This document shows positions 39,133 through 52,096 of a stretch of DNA of 64,000 bases, in pieces. The translations under genes and the position numbers were made by a program. The stretch is from Azolla caroliniana (lineage: Eukaryota > Plantae > Polypodiophyta), in contig JBHGNT010000011.1 in NCBI GenBank assembly GCA_043228905.1, positions 20,336,001 to 20,400,000 of the forward strand, written 5' to 3'. Each line of letters begins with the position of its first letter. Position 1 is the first letter of the stretch. Below the pieces are notes generated by a model that worked only from the letters and a program-made list of their open reading frames with translations, searched no databases and was not told where the DNA came from.

Positions 39133-41258
39133 TCCCTTGCAAGTAGAGTGGTTGTGGTAAACCACATTTTGTTGGCCACCATGTGGTACTCGTTGGCATG
39201 TTGGATGTTAGATAAAGATTTCATCAAAAATATTAAGGCAATGGTGAGAGGGTTCCTTTGGTCGGGTAGAGACCATGAGACGACGTTCGGCTAAAGTGGC
39301 CTGGAGTTGTTTGATCAAGGCAAAAAATCAAGGTGGACTTGGGATGGTGGATTCGATTCACCAAAGTAAGGCTTTACTCGATAAGCTCCTGGTGCGAAGT
39401 CTCCAACCTGGACCAAAATTGTGGAAGTTGCTTCTTAGGGACAGAGCTGAACTCTGGTGTCTGAGGAATGGCGACCCTTGGAAGGCAAAGAAGTGGTGGT
39501 TGTTTAGTCCAGGCCTAAAGTTAAAAGACCCGACTAGCATGGAGGATAGGGTGGCCCGCACCATAATGAGAGCCTTGTCAAGTTTAAGAGAGGGTTGGTC
39601 TTAATGCAGCCAAAAACAAGGCAGGAACAACTCCGTCAACCATTGTTCTGGAACCCCATCATTAAAAGCGATGACGGTAGGATGCTTGGCTAGAAAAAAT
39701 ACTTGCCATGGGGACAAATGGTAGGGTACAATGTGAGTTCAGTAAGAGACTAGGAGGTTTTCAAAAGGAAAAGAAGGGAGGGTCCGGTTGGTGGTACTAG
39801 GTTTACTGGCAGGCTGGAAAAGGTGACCTGTTTGATAGATAAGGCTGTTGATGGTCTAGCTAGCCTGAACGAAGAAGAGGGGGTCTGGTTTGGGTGGTTT
39901 GTAGGTGAGGGTGAGGTGTCCATCTAATGAGTATTGTTTATGGGGCAACCTAAGTGCTTTGGCAGACAATGAGCAGTGGTTGGCAGTGCGAGTGGCAGTG
40001 TTGGAAGGTAAGAAGTGGCAAGTAAACCCGGACCTAGGGAAGCTGGAATCTTATTGTAAGCTTTAGATAGTTGACACAAGCCCGTATGTGAGTTGGATTG
40101 GGACCCACTGGAGGTGTGGTGGCAGAAACCGGGAACAAACAAAGTGGAACGGTTTTTCGAGTACACTACTAAGCTAGGAAGGCAAGTCATTGCCTCCAAA
40201 TCTATGGGTGTTGCTCTAACTCGCAATAGTTGGAAGGATAAAGGCATTTCTAATGACTTGTTGAAGTCATTTTGGAGGAGACTATGGGTGTTCGATATGC
40301 CAGAAAAAATAAAGCTTTGCTTGTGGCTTCTTAAACATAAAGCGGTACCAGTGGGGGAGTGGCTCAGGTGTCATGGTGATGAGGCTGGTTGCAAGATATG
40401 TGGACACCCTTTGGAATCAATTCCTCACTGTTTTTGGAATTGTTGAGAGGCTATTTACATTTGGGGTAGAAGTCTCAGGATAGTGGCAGCATGTGGCGTG
40501 AATGGGAGAGTGGTATGGGGTTCCATACAGGGGCTAAAGTTAACAGAGGAAGGCTAGGTTGAATAGTTAAACCCCCATGGTCATGAATTTATAGTGTAGG
40601 GTAGCAAGGTGTTTCAATGTGCAGGAGTTCGACCTGGCACTAACTCAGAATTTTTTGAAGAGATATGAATGATGGTGGCTTCTTTATCGGTTTGGCACAT
40701 TTGGACCAGGCATTGTAAGTTTGTTTTTCAACAAGAAAAGATCCCTAACGGTGAGGTGTTGTTAAATATCTTGTTCGAGATGGTATCTTGGCTGCGGGGA
40801 CAGTACAACTCGATTCAGGGGGAATCTGATGCAGTTGAAAGAGCTCGGTCAAAGTTCCTGTTGAAATGGGGTAGTTCTCCTATGGTGGGAAGATCATCAT
40901 CAGGGCCTAAATGGAACTACCAAGCACCCCAATGGTTGTTTCCCCCAATAGCTTCCATCAGTGCCCAGGTGTGTAACTATGTATAGATATGGTACAAATT
41001 ACTAGGTTATAGGAGTTGTGGATACTTTTGTTGTAAATGAGGTGGGGACTATGTCCACTTTGAAGAGAAGGCCAAAGTGAGGGTTGCTGAATTTTTGGTG
41101 GTCTATGGTGTAATTGTTTGCTAACTAATACGTAGTGTTTTTTTGGAAAAAAGAAGAAGAAGATTATGTAGATTCAAACAAATGGTAGTTAGCCCAACAA
41201 ACTTGCATATCATCTAGAGAAATAGATAGGTTTTATATCCAAGAGTGGGCAATTGCAT

Positions 41259-41259
<1 letters not shown>

Positions 41260-41298
<39 letters not shown>
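41260..41298. repeat. (GA)n microsatellite
   Basis: Seen directly. Confidence 0.95.
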
Positions 41299-41300
<2 letters not shown>

Positions 41301-43739
41301 AAGATATGAACTATGCAACCATGTTAACATTTTCGATGTATTTGGAGTTGGTAAAACGTCTCTTAGTTTTAAAGAATGTTGTTGATAGGCCTTGCAATTG
41401 AGAGTGCACATTATGATCGAAAATACAATCTTAGAAGATGGGTTGAGAATCACAATTGAAAATGTGGGGAAAGCAAGTTCAAGTGGGATCAAAGGTGGAT
41501 CCTATTGTGGTAGAGCATGCTTCGCTAACCTTTGAACCTAATGTAAAAGCATTTTGAGCTTATGAGTTTCTACACTTATTTTGGCTATTTTGACTCATAA
41601 TATACCCATGGCAACATAGAGAGAATTAATTCAAAAGTAGAATTACATAAATTCGCTTATAAATTCATGAAAGTAGATTTCAAACATTTAAATTATGGTG
41701 TGTGGCATCAAATATGTAGGTACACACAAACAACTTAAATGGAGCAATTCACTACATATATAAAAGCAATAATGTACACGGATACAGGTAGATGGATACT
41801 TGATTTAAGATTCCTTGTAGAGAAAGGGTATCTATCGAAAAGGCTCATGAAAGTTGAGAGGAAGATGTTAGTGGTGTTGTTGCTGCAAAAAAACATTATG
41901 CTTGCTTGAAGCTATAGTTTATAACTAGAAGGGCCCAAAATGGACATCATGATAGATTCGAAATTTTACAAAATTATTCTCTCTCGACCAAAAGGAAAAA
42001 GGCTTCCGTTGGAACCAAAATTGTTATTCCAAAAAATCCATTGGAACCATTTTGGAATTGATCTTTAGAGAAAAGTAATAATTTTTACATCCAAATGAAT
42101 ATACTCCTCAAACTTCTTGAATCCTCCCGCAAGATAAGTTAGTTGCTCCACAATGCATTAAGTACATCAATGAGAAATCATTTTTTATAAGGCCCAATTT
42201 AATTTGAGCCCAAAAGTTATATTCTGCACTATAATGAATGGATGTTAGAAGACACACATGAAGATTACCTTTTGGACAATATTCTAAAGAAAGAAGGGCA
42301 AGAGAGTGTGACAACTAATGATATCATACATATACAATAGGCATCTATTTTGCCTAATTATCCCATGCACATAAGGCATAATGTGGCAGGCAATAGGCAA
42401 GGAAATGGTAGTTTCCACATTTCATATGTCTCATCCTAGCTCAATTTATTTGCATGGAAAACAATGTTTCCGAGGAAGTGCACGAGGGCATAGTTTGTGG
42501 ACATTATGTTAGACAAGGAATCATGCATAGTTGTCATTTGTCTTGTGATGAAGGATATAAAAACAGAGCTTGCACACAATGTTGACAGTTGGACAAGGAA
42601 TATCAAGAAAATGTTATCAACATACAAATATCAAACATGTATGGTACTTATATGTCTTAGTTAACAATCACACACAACACGCATAATAGTATTACTTGTA
42701 TTAACAACACTCTAAAGTTAGCCCCACATTTAATAGGATATATCACCCAAAAAAAAGAATTTGGGCATTGGTCTAACCTTCTAGTTCAATTTTAGTTGCG
42801 AATCCTCTTTTCTAAGTCTTCTCCCTCATTCTATTGTGTGATTATTAGTATCTAAAGGATGATTAAGGTAATCACACACAAGTGCTCACTAACCCAACTA
42901 GAATATTTGTTTGTTCTATTTAATCACCAAAACGGAGTACATGCTCAATAACATTGTGATTTTATCACCTTGAAACACATCCTCTTTTTTACCAAAAAAA
43001 CACTACTTCACATTATTTAGCAAACAGAATAAACAAAGTTCAACCCAAATCCACAGTGGGATCAATATATACAACACGGAGGAACCACTCCAAAACCTTG
43101 AAACACATCCTATGCACATAACCTCGTAATTGCAAATCTCATGTAAGGAGTTAGATGCAAAATTAGAGAATATAAAGTAAAATTCTCAAGAAAAAAATGG
43201 TATAAATGTATATTAATTTTCTCAATATCGTTAGACCAATGGTTAAGACTTGTGTACTTCGGTTTTATAGCTGAATAGGAAAGTACACCTTAAGTAGTGC
43301 GTAATTACTTCCTACTTAATAATGTTGTGCCTCCCTTAAGGGGTCACTTTCCAATGAGTGTTGCCTATATTTTTCTATAGAAAGTTGAGCAAGTATAGCC
43401 AAAGAAAGTGTTGGCCTTCTTTTAATAGAAGGTTTAGTATAGACCTTTTTATTAAAAAAAGTCCAGATAGAGAAGGATCTCAATTTCCCATAAACATAAT
43501 ATGTTTCATATTAAATCTAATATAAAGATTTACTCAGAATATTCTTCTCATCAAATCTTCATATGATATGTCACTCATATTAAATGTCAAGTGAGAGGGC
43601 ATCATATAAAATTGCTTTTCTAGCGCTTACATGAGACATGTAGAGTTATAACAATGACTCATAACAAATGGGTCTTTGGTTAAGAGTCTAGACAAACTTT
43701 TCCTTTGATAAATTTTATTTGTAGCTCTCATTGTTTGTT

Positions 43740-43970
43740 GTATTCAATATCCCCCCCCAAAGCACATATTTAGATAACAAAGTTCTAAATTTTCCCAAAA
43801 TTTGAAGAACCTAGCTTTATAAAGAAGGTTGTGAGAATATTTGCGATTTGGTTTTCGGTCTGTGATATAGTTTAGATTTATGACTCTTCAATCACCTTTT
43901 CATCAATATAATGATAGTAGACTTTTATATGTTTGGTCCTGACTCCTAGCATGAAAAATGGATTTTTTAT
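43740..43970 (-). mobile_element. Ty1/copia 3' remnant (end of RNase H, PPT, start of LTR)
   Basis: Minus strand encodes RTKHIKVYYHYIDEKV, then TENQIANILT in a shifted frame. These are followed by a G8 polypurine tract (43751-43758) and TATTGA, a decayed TGTTGA. LTR extent not resolved. Confidence 0.65.
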
Positions 43971-44193
43971 AGGGCTCATAATATCATTAAATATTTGAAT
44001 AAACAATGTTAGTTATTTCTTTGACCTCCACAACATTTGTTACAACATTGTTACAACTTACTAATCTATCCGAGGTTTTTCTTCATGCCCCATTGATATC
44101 ACAACATAACTCGAAGAGGGGTTTATTGTTTACATACAATTCTTCTTCTTTTTTTGACATATCAAAAGATTATCTGGATTACAGCCATGTGTG

Positions 44194-44437
44194 AATGGAT
44201 AGGCACTATCATAAATTTGTTTATACCACTTTGAGCTAGCATCACCTCTATCTCTTGAAGATCTTCCTTATTTCATGTAAAATTCAATCCAATCATTACA
44301 TATATACAAGTACAATGGATAGGCGCTTTCCTAAATTTGTTTATATTACTTTGACCTAGCATCATCTCTATCTCTTGAAGATCTTCCTTGTTTCAAGTAA
44401 TATTCAATACAATCATTAGATATATACCAGTTCAATC
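44194..44437. repeat. Diverged 120-bp tandem duplication
   Basis: aatggataggc...ctagcatca..tctatctcttgaagatcttcctt...caatcatta begins at 44194 and again at 44314. Confidence 0.8.
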
Positions 44438-44439
44438 TG

Positions 44440-44730
44440 TGATTAAAAGAAAAAAAAGAAAATCCATTCATTAGTGTAAACAAATTATAAAGTTCTGAAT
44501 CCTGATTCCCATGTGATGGTCGGAGGAAACAACCATTCTGGCTGAAAGTACCAAAAAGGAGTGCCATTCTTCAAGGACATAAGTGGAGAAGCTTTCCACA
44601 GTAAGAAACTGATGGCGCTGAGCAACTTTATCATCAGAATTTCCAATAATAGAATCCCATTGACCCTTCAGTTAGTGAGGCTCTATCTTAATGAAAAACG
44701 AGAGAGCACCGAGCCTTCCAGATAGCAAAA
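44440..44730 (-). mobile_element. LINE 3' fragment related to the 36-41 kb element
   Basis: Minus-strand pieces AIWKARCSLVFH, LKGQWDSIIGNSDDKVAQRHQFL and WKASPLM...PFWYFQPEWLFPP match WTRHCKFVF, LRGQYNSIQGESD and WGSSPM...PKWNYQAPQWLFPP. Confidence 0.75.
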
Positions 44731-46001
44731 TGGTACTACTAAGTGCTTGCATATAAGTTTAAATACTTTTTACCAGTAAATTTGAAATTAGATGGCAAAA
44801 TGATACAATACTAAGTGATAGCATAGAGGTTTAAATACATAATATATTCAATATGAAGGTATGCCAATTGCTCTTGTATATTTGTGTGCTTCACATATTT
44901 TCTCTAACCCTAACATGGATACACCTTTCCATTACTTCATAACACTTCCCTTTGCTATTGGCCTTCTTTAAGATAATGATTATAGCCTTCTTTATATATT
45001 CAATATAGAGTGATACCAATTGGTTTTGCGTATGTGTGCCTGCACACTCTCTAACCCTAACACGGATATAACTTTCCATTCCTAATCAGCATTGTTCAAG
45101 TGATTGTATTCTTAATATATTTGGCATAAAGTGATACCCATCTGTCTTGTAAATTCGTTTGCCTCACATGTTTCTCTAACCTTTTACATGGATATAGCTT
45201 TCCATTCCTTCATATCCTATCCATTTTCCATTGGCCTTGTTCAAGACATGCCAATCCCCTACAATTTCACATCAACACAACTGGCTCTGATATAGATCAT
45301 ATATTGAGCCCACAATCATAAGCAACTGTTTTGAATGGTATGTTGAGCCCATATATGAGTTACATTCTGAGCCATACAATTACTTGCTAGTAATCTAATA
45401 ATGAATGCCAACAAATATTGTTGTTGCATATATGAACATGATCCATAACACCCTCAAAACAGCCATATGCAACTTAAAATCTATAGAATAAGGTGGTTTG
45501 ATATTCAACACAGATTATCATAACATTCTGGAACCAAACTTCCAGTGCTATCAGTTTCAACAACAAACATGATAATGATTTTAAGAGGATATGTTGAGTT
45601 TGCTATTTTACCAGTCACAGGTAGTCAGTTAGGTCTATAAACATCAAATTATTCCTGTCCTTTCAGAACATAAAAGACCACAGAATGAAATATTCAGAGA
45701 AAGATGGTTTAATCATTACAATGCTGATGTTTTCTAACATATGTATATAATTCCTCATACAATTTCCTATCTATCCTGAAACATCTGTTTCAGGTAAGAG
45801 GTTGCACAGAAAGAAGAGGAAGTGATGCTTACATATATATTTGAAGTGGGGAAATAGCATTACATGGTTCAATCGCTTGCAGATATTTTTCCAATGCATC
45901 CACAGTCCATTAACAAAAAACCGTTGTATCACTGCATTATGGCTTTAGCTCATCCAAGATCTCTCTCTCTTTTAAAATTGTCATTTCAAACTTGTACTCA
46001 T

Positions 46002-49000
46002 TCAATCGATCTTCACAGATCCATATATGGTCCTCACAAACCAGAAGCAAGCATAGAAGCCAATTGTTCCTGTGAGCACGAAGAAACTATAGGAGATGAT
46101 GATCATGTAACCAAAGTAAAGCAAACCTGAAACGAGTTTTGTAATATCAAGCTTTGTGAAGAAATAGAACACTGCATAGAGCAAAAGATAAATCGCTGAA
46201 GAGCCGGATGTTAAATATGCTCTCCACCACCAGTGATAATCCTCACTACACAGCTGAAAATAGCATAGTACAATTGTTATTTCAGCGCACGTCACGATTA
46301 GGATCACGAAGACGAGAAACAAGAACCCAAAAATGTAGTAGAACTGATTTAGCCATATTGATGTGAGTATGAAGAAAAGCTCAATAAACACCGCCCCAAA
46401 TGGTAATATTCCACCAATGAGCACTGAGAAAACAGGCTGCATATACCACGCTTGCTCAGGGATTTGTCTTGGAATCTTGTTTGTTCTAACTGGATCTTCA
46501 ATTGCTGGTTGTTTGTACCCAAAATAGCTTCCTATAAACACCAAAGGTACAGAGATTCCAAACCATAAAAATACCAACGCAAACATGGTACCAAAAGGAA
46601 CTGCTCCAGATGACTTCTCTCCCCATATCAATGTATTCAAAACAAAAAATAGAGCAAATGCAACACCAGGAAATAAGAAAGCGGTCTTCAATGTATTCTT
46701 CTTCCATTCAGATCCTTTGAACATTTTGTAAAGACGGGCAGATGAATACCCAGCAAAAAGTCCCATAAATACCCAAAGTAACAACATAGCTGTCATCAAA
46801 CCGCCCCTGTTTGCTGGCGAAAGAAATCCAAGAAGAGCAAATATCATTGTGACGAGTGTCATTGCAAATAATTGTACACCTGATCCAACATAGACACACA
46901 ACAACCCTGCACGTGGTGGGGCTCTAAACACATCTCCATGCACAAGTTTCCATCCTGTTTCCTCCTGTGCTTCATCTTGTGTTTCTAATTCATTATACTT
47001 GGCAATGTCCCTATACAAAGTTCGCATCATTATCATGGCTACCATACCCGATAGAAACAATACAATCATGAGGGAATTTATGATAGAGAACCAATGGATT
47101 TGATCATCTGACATGTTAAGATAGACATCCCAGCGTGAAGCCCACTGGATATCACTCGCCTGAATGGTAGTATTACAACAATTAGAAAAGATATAACCTT
47201 ATTGGTGGGCGAGAAAAACTATCAGAATATAGAAGCTATTGATAAGGGACAACAAACAATTCAGTACCATGAATGTGACATCATATGTAAAAATGATCTC
47301 TTGGCCCTCCTCAACCAACTGAGGTGGCATAGCATTTGTAACATATATTTTGGAATTTGGATTGCATGTTGTGAGGCGTGGCTTTGAAAGATCCCATGGT
47401 TTCTCATATTCGTGATGAACGCTACAAATATAATTGAATGCAATGGTAATGCAAAATAAATAAATTTAGCGCGGCAAAGAATAGCCTAACCCGAATTTGA
47501 AACCAGTTTTTAAATACCTGTAAGGCGTCACCTGAAAACCTACAATTCGAGATGTATCTGTCTTAGTATCCTCGTGATATAGAACTTCAAAAGCGAGATG
47601 GTTATGGATAAAATACTCCAATTTCTGATATAAAGAAGAAGGGTTACATCGACAGCTTCTATTGCATAAATTGACTCGTTTTTCTACTAAAAAGAGTTCA
47701 TACCTCAGTATCACCAAGTTTCCCATTGAACCCAACAGGCAAACCCCTTTCATAAAAGAAAGAGCTCACATCATGTCTTTGTCTCTTTATTGCAACAGGC
47801 AGGTTATCAAGAATCCTGAACAGCATTAGCATGAGAAAGTATGAAAAATAATGTGTTTAGATACTTACAAATATAGCTACAACCAAATCAAAGTAGTTGC
47901 GAACTCACTTACATATTGACTCGATACTCATCCTCAATCTTTTCCTTGAACTTGGTAGCATCCTCAGCTGAAAGCTTGTCTATCTTGCAAATAACATTGC
48001 ATAGCTTGCTATCTCTCATTTGAAACTGAGATAAGAAAGTGATCAGGTAGCAATAGTATACATAAAAATTATGAACAAGGCATAAAAGATCCATTCTATC
48101 TCTTATTACATTCTACATCTTGCTATCTTTTATTTGAACTAAAATTGAAAATTTATTTCATGAAGTAAATGGTGAAAAATGGTTGGGATTACATAATGTA
48201 CATCATACCACAGATGGCACACTCACAATGTCAACTGAGATCCAATAGCTATTTCCTAGTTTCATAGCATCATTTAAAACTTGGAATCTCTTATTTGCAA
48301 CTAAAGCAAAGTTACCACATAGTTCCATCACATAGCATGCACTTGCCATCTCTTAACTAAGATCAAATGTTTATGACATACGGGATGTACATCTTGCTAT
48401 CTCTTATCTGAACTTCAATAGAACATCTATTCCAGAATTTCATAAATTAGAGGTACAAAAGGTTTGATACTATACCGAGAAAGGTGCATTCTCGATGCGA
48501 TCTCCTCTTAACACCTCTCCAAGATTCTCGGCACTGTTAATTATTTTTTCTGGTCTACAGTAAGGAAGATCATAGTAGATATATGGCAATTGTGTCTTCG
48601 TAGAGGTTAGTTTATTAACCTTCACGAATAAATCATCCCCCTGATGTGTGCAGAACAGAGAAATTTATTCATCAGAGAGGGATAATCAATTATCTTGGAA
48701 AGAAAATTATGTAGATATTGTTTATCACTGCATGTTAAAGGAGTTATATTTCAAAGAAATCATGTAATGAAAATGAGTAAATAAATTATCTTTAATTCTG
48801 AATCAGGAAGAATTTATGCATTAGAAGAACAAAATAAGTCATCTTGATAGGTAAAACTGGTAGAGCTTATTCATTACAACAGGTAAATCATTCATCAATT
48901 ATACTTCATAGAAAATAAAGGCATTCATAGAACGTATTCACCTGAATGAGTAAAGGCATTAATCTTTGAACAAGAATCAGGTAGAAGTTATTCGTCCAAC

Positions 49001-49872
49001 AAATAAAAACATTTAGATCGTAAAAATAATTCAACGAAACAAGTTAAACAGACATCTTGGACCAAAAACCAAAAGTTGCTCATCAGTACAAGTTTAAGAT
49101 GTCCCTTTCTTAAGAAAATCAGGTAGCATCCATTCAACTAAACAAGTAAAAGCAATCATCTTGGAACAAAATAAGGTGGACTTTATATCCAACGAAAATA
49201 ATATAGGAATTTACACATCAGACATAGTTAAGACAGTGTTTATTGCACACATACAGGAAAAAATTATTCATCAAGGGTAAAAATTATTCATCTTGGATAA
49301 AAAATCAGGGGTACGTTTCTTAATGAAATCGAGAAACTGGTCATCTTCAAAGGAAATTCAGGCAATTTTTTAGCTGCTTCAACAAAATCAAGTCATTTGG
49401 GAAACAAAATTAAGGTATAAACTACTGATCAAAAAGGGGAAAACATCTTCACCAAACAGAAATTCATGGGTACGAGTAAAACAAAATTCAGTATAAGTAA
49501 CATCTTGCAGCGAAAATCAGATGAGATCTTTTCAGTAAAATCAATCTTATTGGAACAAAAAAATATTTATATAAATACAAAGATCTCGACTCGAAAATAG
49601 TAAAGATCGGGTGAAAAAAAGGGCAATGAAAAGAGTGATCGAAACGACACAGATTTTGATTAAGAAACGGACATAGATCCGAAACGAATCGAATCAAGAC
49701 ATCGATTGCGATCAATCTCGAGACGATCAAAAAAGTAAAGATGAAAAAGAAAGGTAAGCTTTACCTTGCTGAAATCCTGAGGTGCTACACCAGGCAGGTA
49801 GAAAGCGCGGGAAGGATATGTAGTGAGAAGGAGAACACAGGAAAAGAAGAAGAGGAGGTTCGAGCTCGCCAT
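46002..49872 (-). CDS. TMN: Transmembrane 9 superfamily / EMP70 nonaspanin (TMN7-10-like), about 638 aa
   Basis: Exons (-): 49872-49765 (alternative ATG at 49878), 48640-48476, 48025-47913, 47815-47704, 47624-47518, 47421-47268 and 47159-46002. Signal peptide followed by [11 protein letters not shown], then [31 protein letters not shown] and [15 protein letters not shown]-terminal IYGSVKID carries the KxD motif. Confidence 0.96.
48660..49560. repeat. Degenerate ~50-bp minisatellite-like array in TMN intron 1
   Basis: Recurring catcttggaacaaaa / aatcaggtaga / ttattcatc / aacaagtaaa motifs. Period judged by eye. Confidence 0.45.
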
Positions 49873-50247
49873 CGGCATCGCAGTGCAGAAAGAATTTACC
49901 CTAAGAAGCGCTGGGGTTTCCTGTAGAAATGTAAATGTTTCGTTAATTATTTTGATTAGTATTTTATTTTATTTTTCCCAAAAAGAAGCTCCGTTCACAT
50001 TAGTTAGGAAGGAGAGATTATTACAGGAAGACTTCTTGACTATAGAAGGTGGCTTGGCTCATACATAAATCAGGAAACCATCCTCCGACCAAGTTCAAGA
50101 ATATGACACTACATACTAATTTGATTACCACTATTATTTGTGTAACGAATACCCCGTTGTATTCATCATGAAATTGCCAACGATACCCTCCTGTCTTTTT
50201 CTAATGCTCTATTCGATTGTTTCATGAAAAACCCCACAATGCCCTTG

Positions 50248-50295
50248 CATGTATGTATGTATGTATGTATGTATGTGTGTATGTATGTATGTATG
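50248..50295. repeat. (ATGT)n microsatellite upstream of TMN
   Basis: Seen directly. Confidence 0.85.
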
Positions 50296-51193
50296 CATAT
50301 TTGTATGTGCATATGTTTTTGTGAACCCTCTCAAAAATAATACCCATATGTGAGTATGTCTTTGTGAAAAAAACCCCCGACCAATTACCCCCATGTTTGT
50401 AGTTATGTTTACGTTCTTCATTGTAGATAGACTTGACTTAACTTGTAAGCTATCTAAACAATGGGTTCAAATCCTTGTACTCTAACTTACATCATATAAT
50501 AGCCCACCCTCCCCCACTAATATTTTCAAAACTTATCTCATTACATTGCTCCACATTAATCTTTTCCATTTTCATTCATGATGGGATTACCTCAATGTAA
50601 GGTATTACAACATCGGTTCAAATGCATGTACCTTCATACATCTTTGTTACACCATTTACGCTTATTCAAATAACTAGTCTCATTGTTCAATACTCTCTCT
50701 TGCTCCTTAATTATACAAGCTCACAATGCTAAGTACAAGCTATTTGCATGGAATGACATTGTTGTGTTTCCATGAATGTTAGTTTCAATATTTGTTCACT
50801 CCTAAACTACATGCCACATATCAAACTAACAACCTCTCAATCAAAACAATTAAGATACCCATGTCATTCACTCTCTCTTTTTCTCTAATTGTTTGCTTGC
50901 CCTAGTGATGGTCAATTTGGTTATAATTATAAGGTCATAGGTTCAAGTCACTACTATCATATATTTTTGCTACATCAATTATCACTTCTTCTAGACTGTA
51001 TCAGATTACCCAATGTCTCTATTCAAATCAAAATGCAAGACACAGCTTACATAGACATCAAACACAATTTTGAGCACTTCCACATGCCATTGAAATCCAA
51101 GTTCTCCAAGGAGTAGAGTATCTCCACAAGCTATGCTGTGGGATGACTTGGGAAAGCTTAGGACATGTTGCATGTTTAAGCATTAAACAGCCC

Positions 51194-51740
51194 CTTAGTC
51201 ATCTCAAGTCATGAATGAGACGCATCAAAATTGACATTATCATGTTGGAGTACATCAACATGGTCAACATGTGAAGGAAATTCTAGCACATTCTTATATC
51301 ATTTTGCACATGCAACTCTAGATCAAATGTACAAGGAAACCCAAACGATGTAAAATCCTCTCATCTGATGGAGATAGCCGAGATTACACATGGGAACACG
51401 GTGTCTCCAGGACCCTTAGATGTTGAGCTATATAGAGGGGACTAGCAAGCCCTTCATCACAGCATCTTAGTCATCTCAAGTCATGAATGAGACGCATCAA
51501 AATTGACATTATCATGTAGGAGTACATCAACGTGGTCAACATGTGAAGGAAATTCTAGCACATTCTTATATCATTTTGCACATGCAACTCTAGATCAAAT
51601 GTACAAGGAAACCCAAACGACGTAAAATCCTCTCATCTGATGGAGATAGCCGAGATTACACATGGGAACACGGTGTCTCCAGGACCCTTAGATGTTGAGC
51701 TATATAGTGGGGACTAGCAAGCCCTTCATCACAGCATCTT
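51194..51740. repeat. Recent 272-bp tandem duplication between DRP3 and TMN
   Basis: Copies start with cttagtcatctcaagtc at 51194 and 51466. I count 4 substitutions between them. Confidence 0.93.
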
Positions 51741-52096
51741 GAGACAATTCCATGCAGCAAGATATTTAATCCATTCACAGCTTTTTATATAAAAATGAAA
51801 AAGAAAGAATGATGATCATTGATCACCCCACTCAATAATGAGATGTACATATGTTAAGAGGCCTCTATATATAAAGGCTTCCTAGAAAAATCATGTAAAA
51901 AGATACTTATTCATTCTAAGCTTTGCTTGTATACATATGAGAAAAGAATGAATAATAATCATCTCATTCAATAATGAGATGTACAAGATTGGGGACATTC
52001 CCTACTTATAAACACTTTCCACGTATTTTATTGTCTACACCATGAACCATAAACCACGCAAGGATCAGAGGATTTTCGATGCATAGGAAAAAACAA

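Larger units (their letters stand above)
36072..41159 (+). mobile_element. 5'-truncated, inactivated L1/Tx1-like LINE ORF2 (APE endonuclease, reverse transcriptase, zf-RVT)
   Basis: APE motifs INVYAPN, WILAGDFN, IDRIY and SHHMPV. RT motifs RPITLLNTIYKI, LDFEKAYDRV, RQGCPLAPYL and YADA. zf-RVT CKICGHPLESIPHCFWNC. Many stops and frameshifts. TSD AAGATTATTTAGATT (36057-36071) / AAGATTATGTAGATT (41160-41174). 3' end gtttttttggaaaaaagaagaag. Confidence 0.93.

Noticed and set aside
50430-50480. B-box-like GGTTCAAATCC (similar motifs near 5215, 31088 and 33006)
   Set aside because: No cloverleaf or properly spaced A-box. At most decayed SINE remnants, not tRNA genes.
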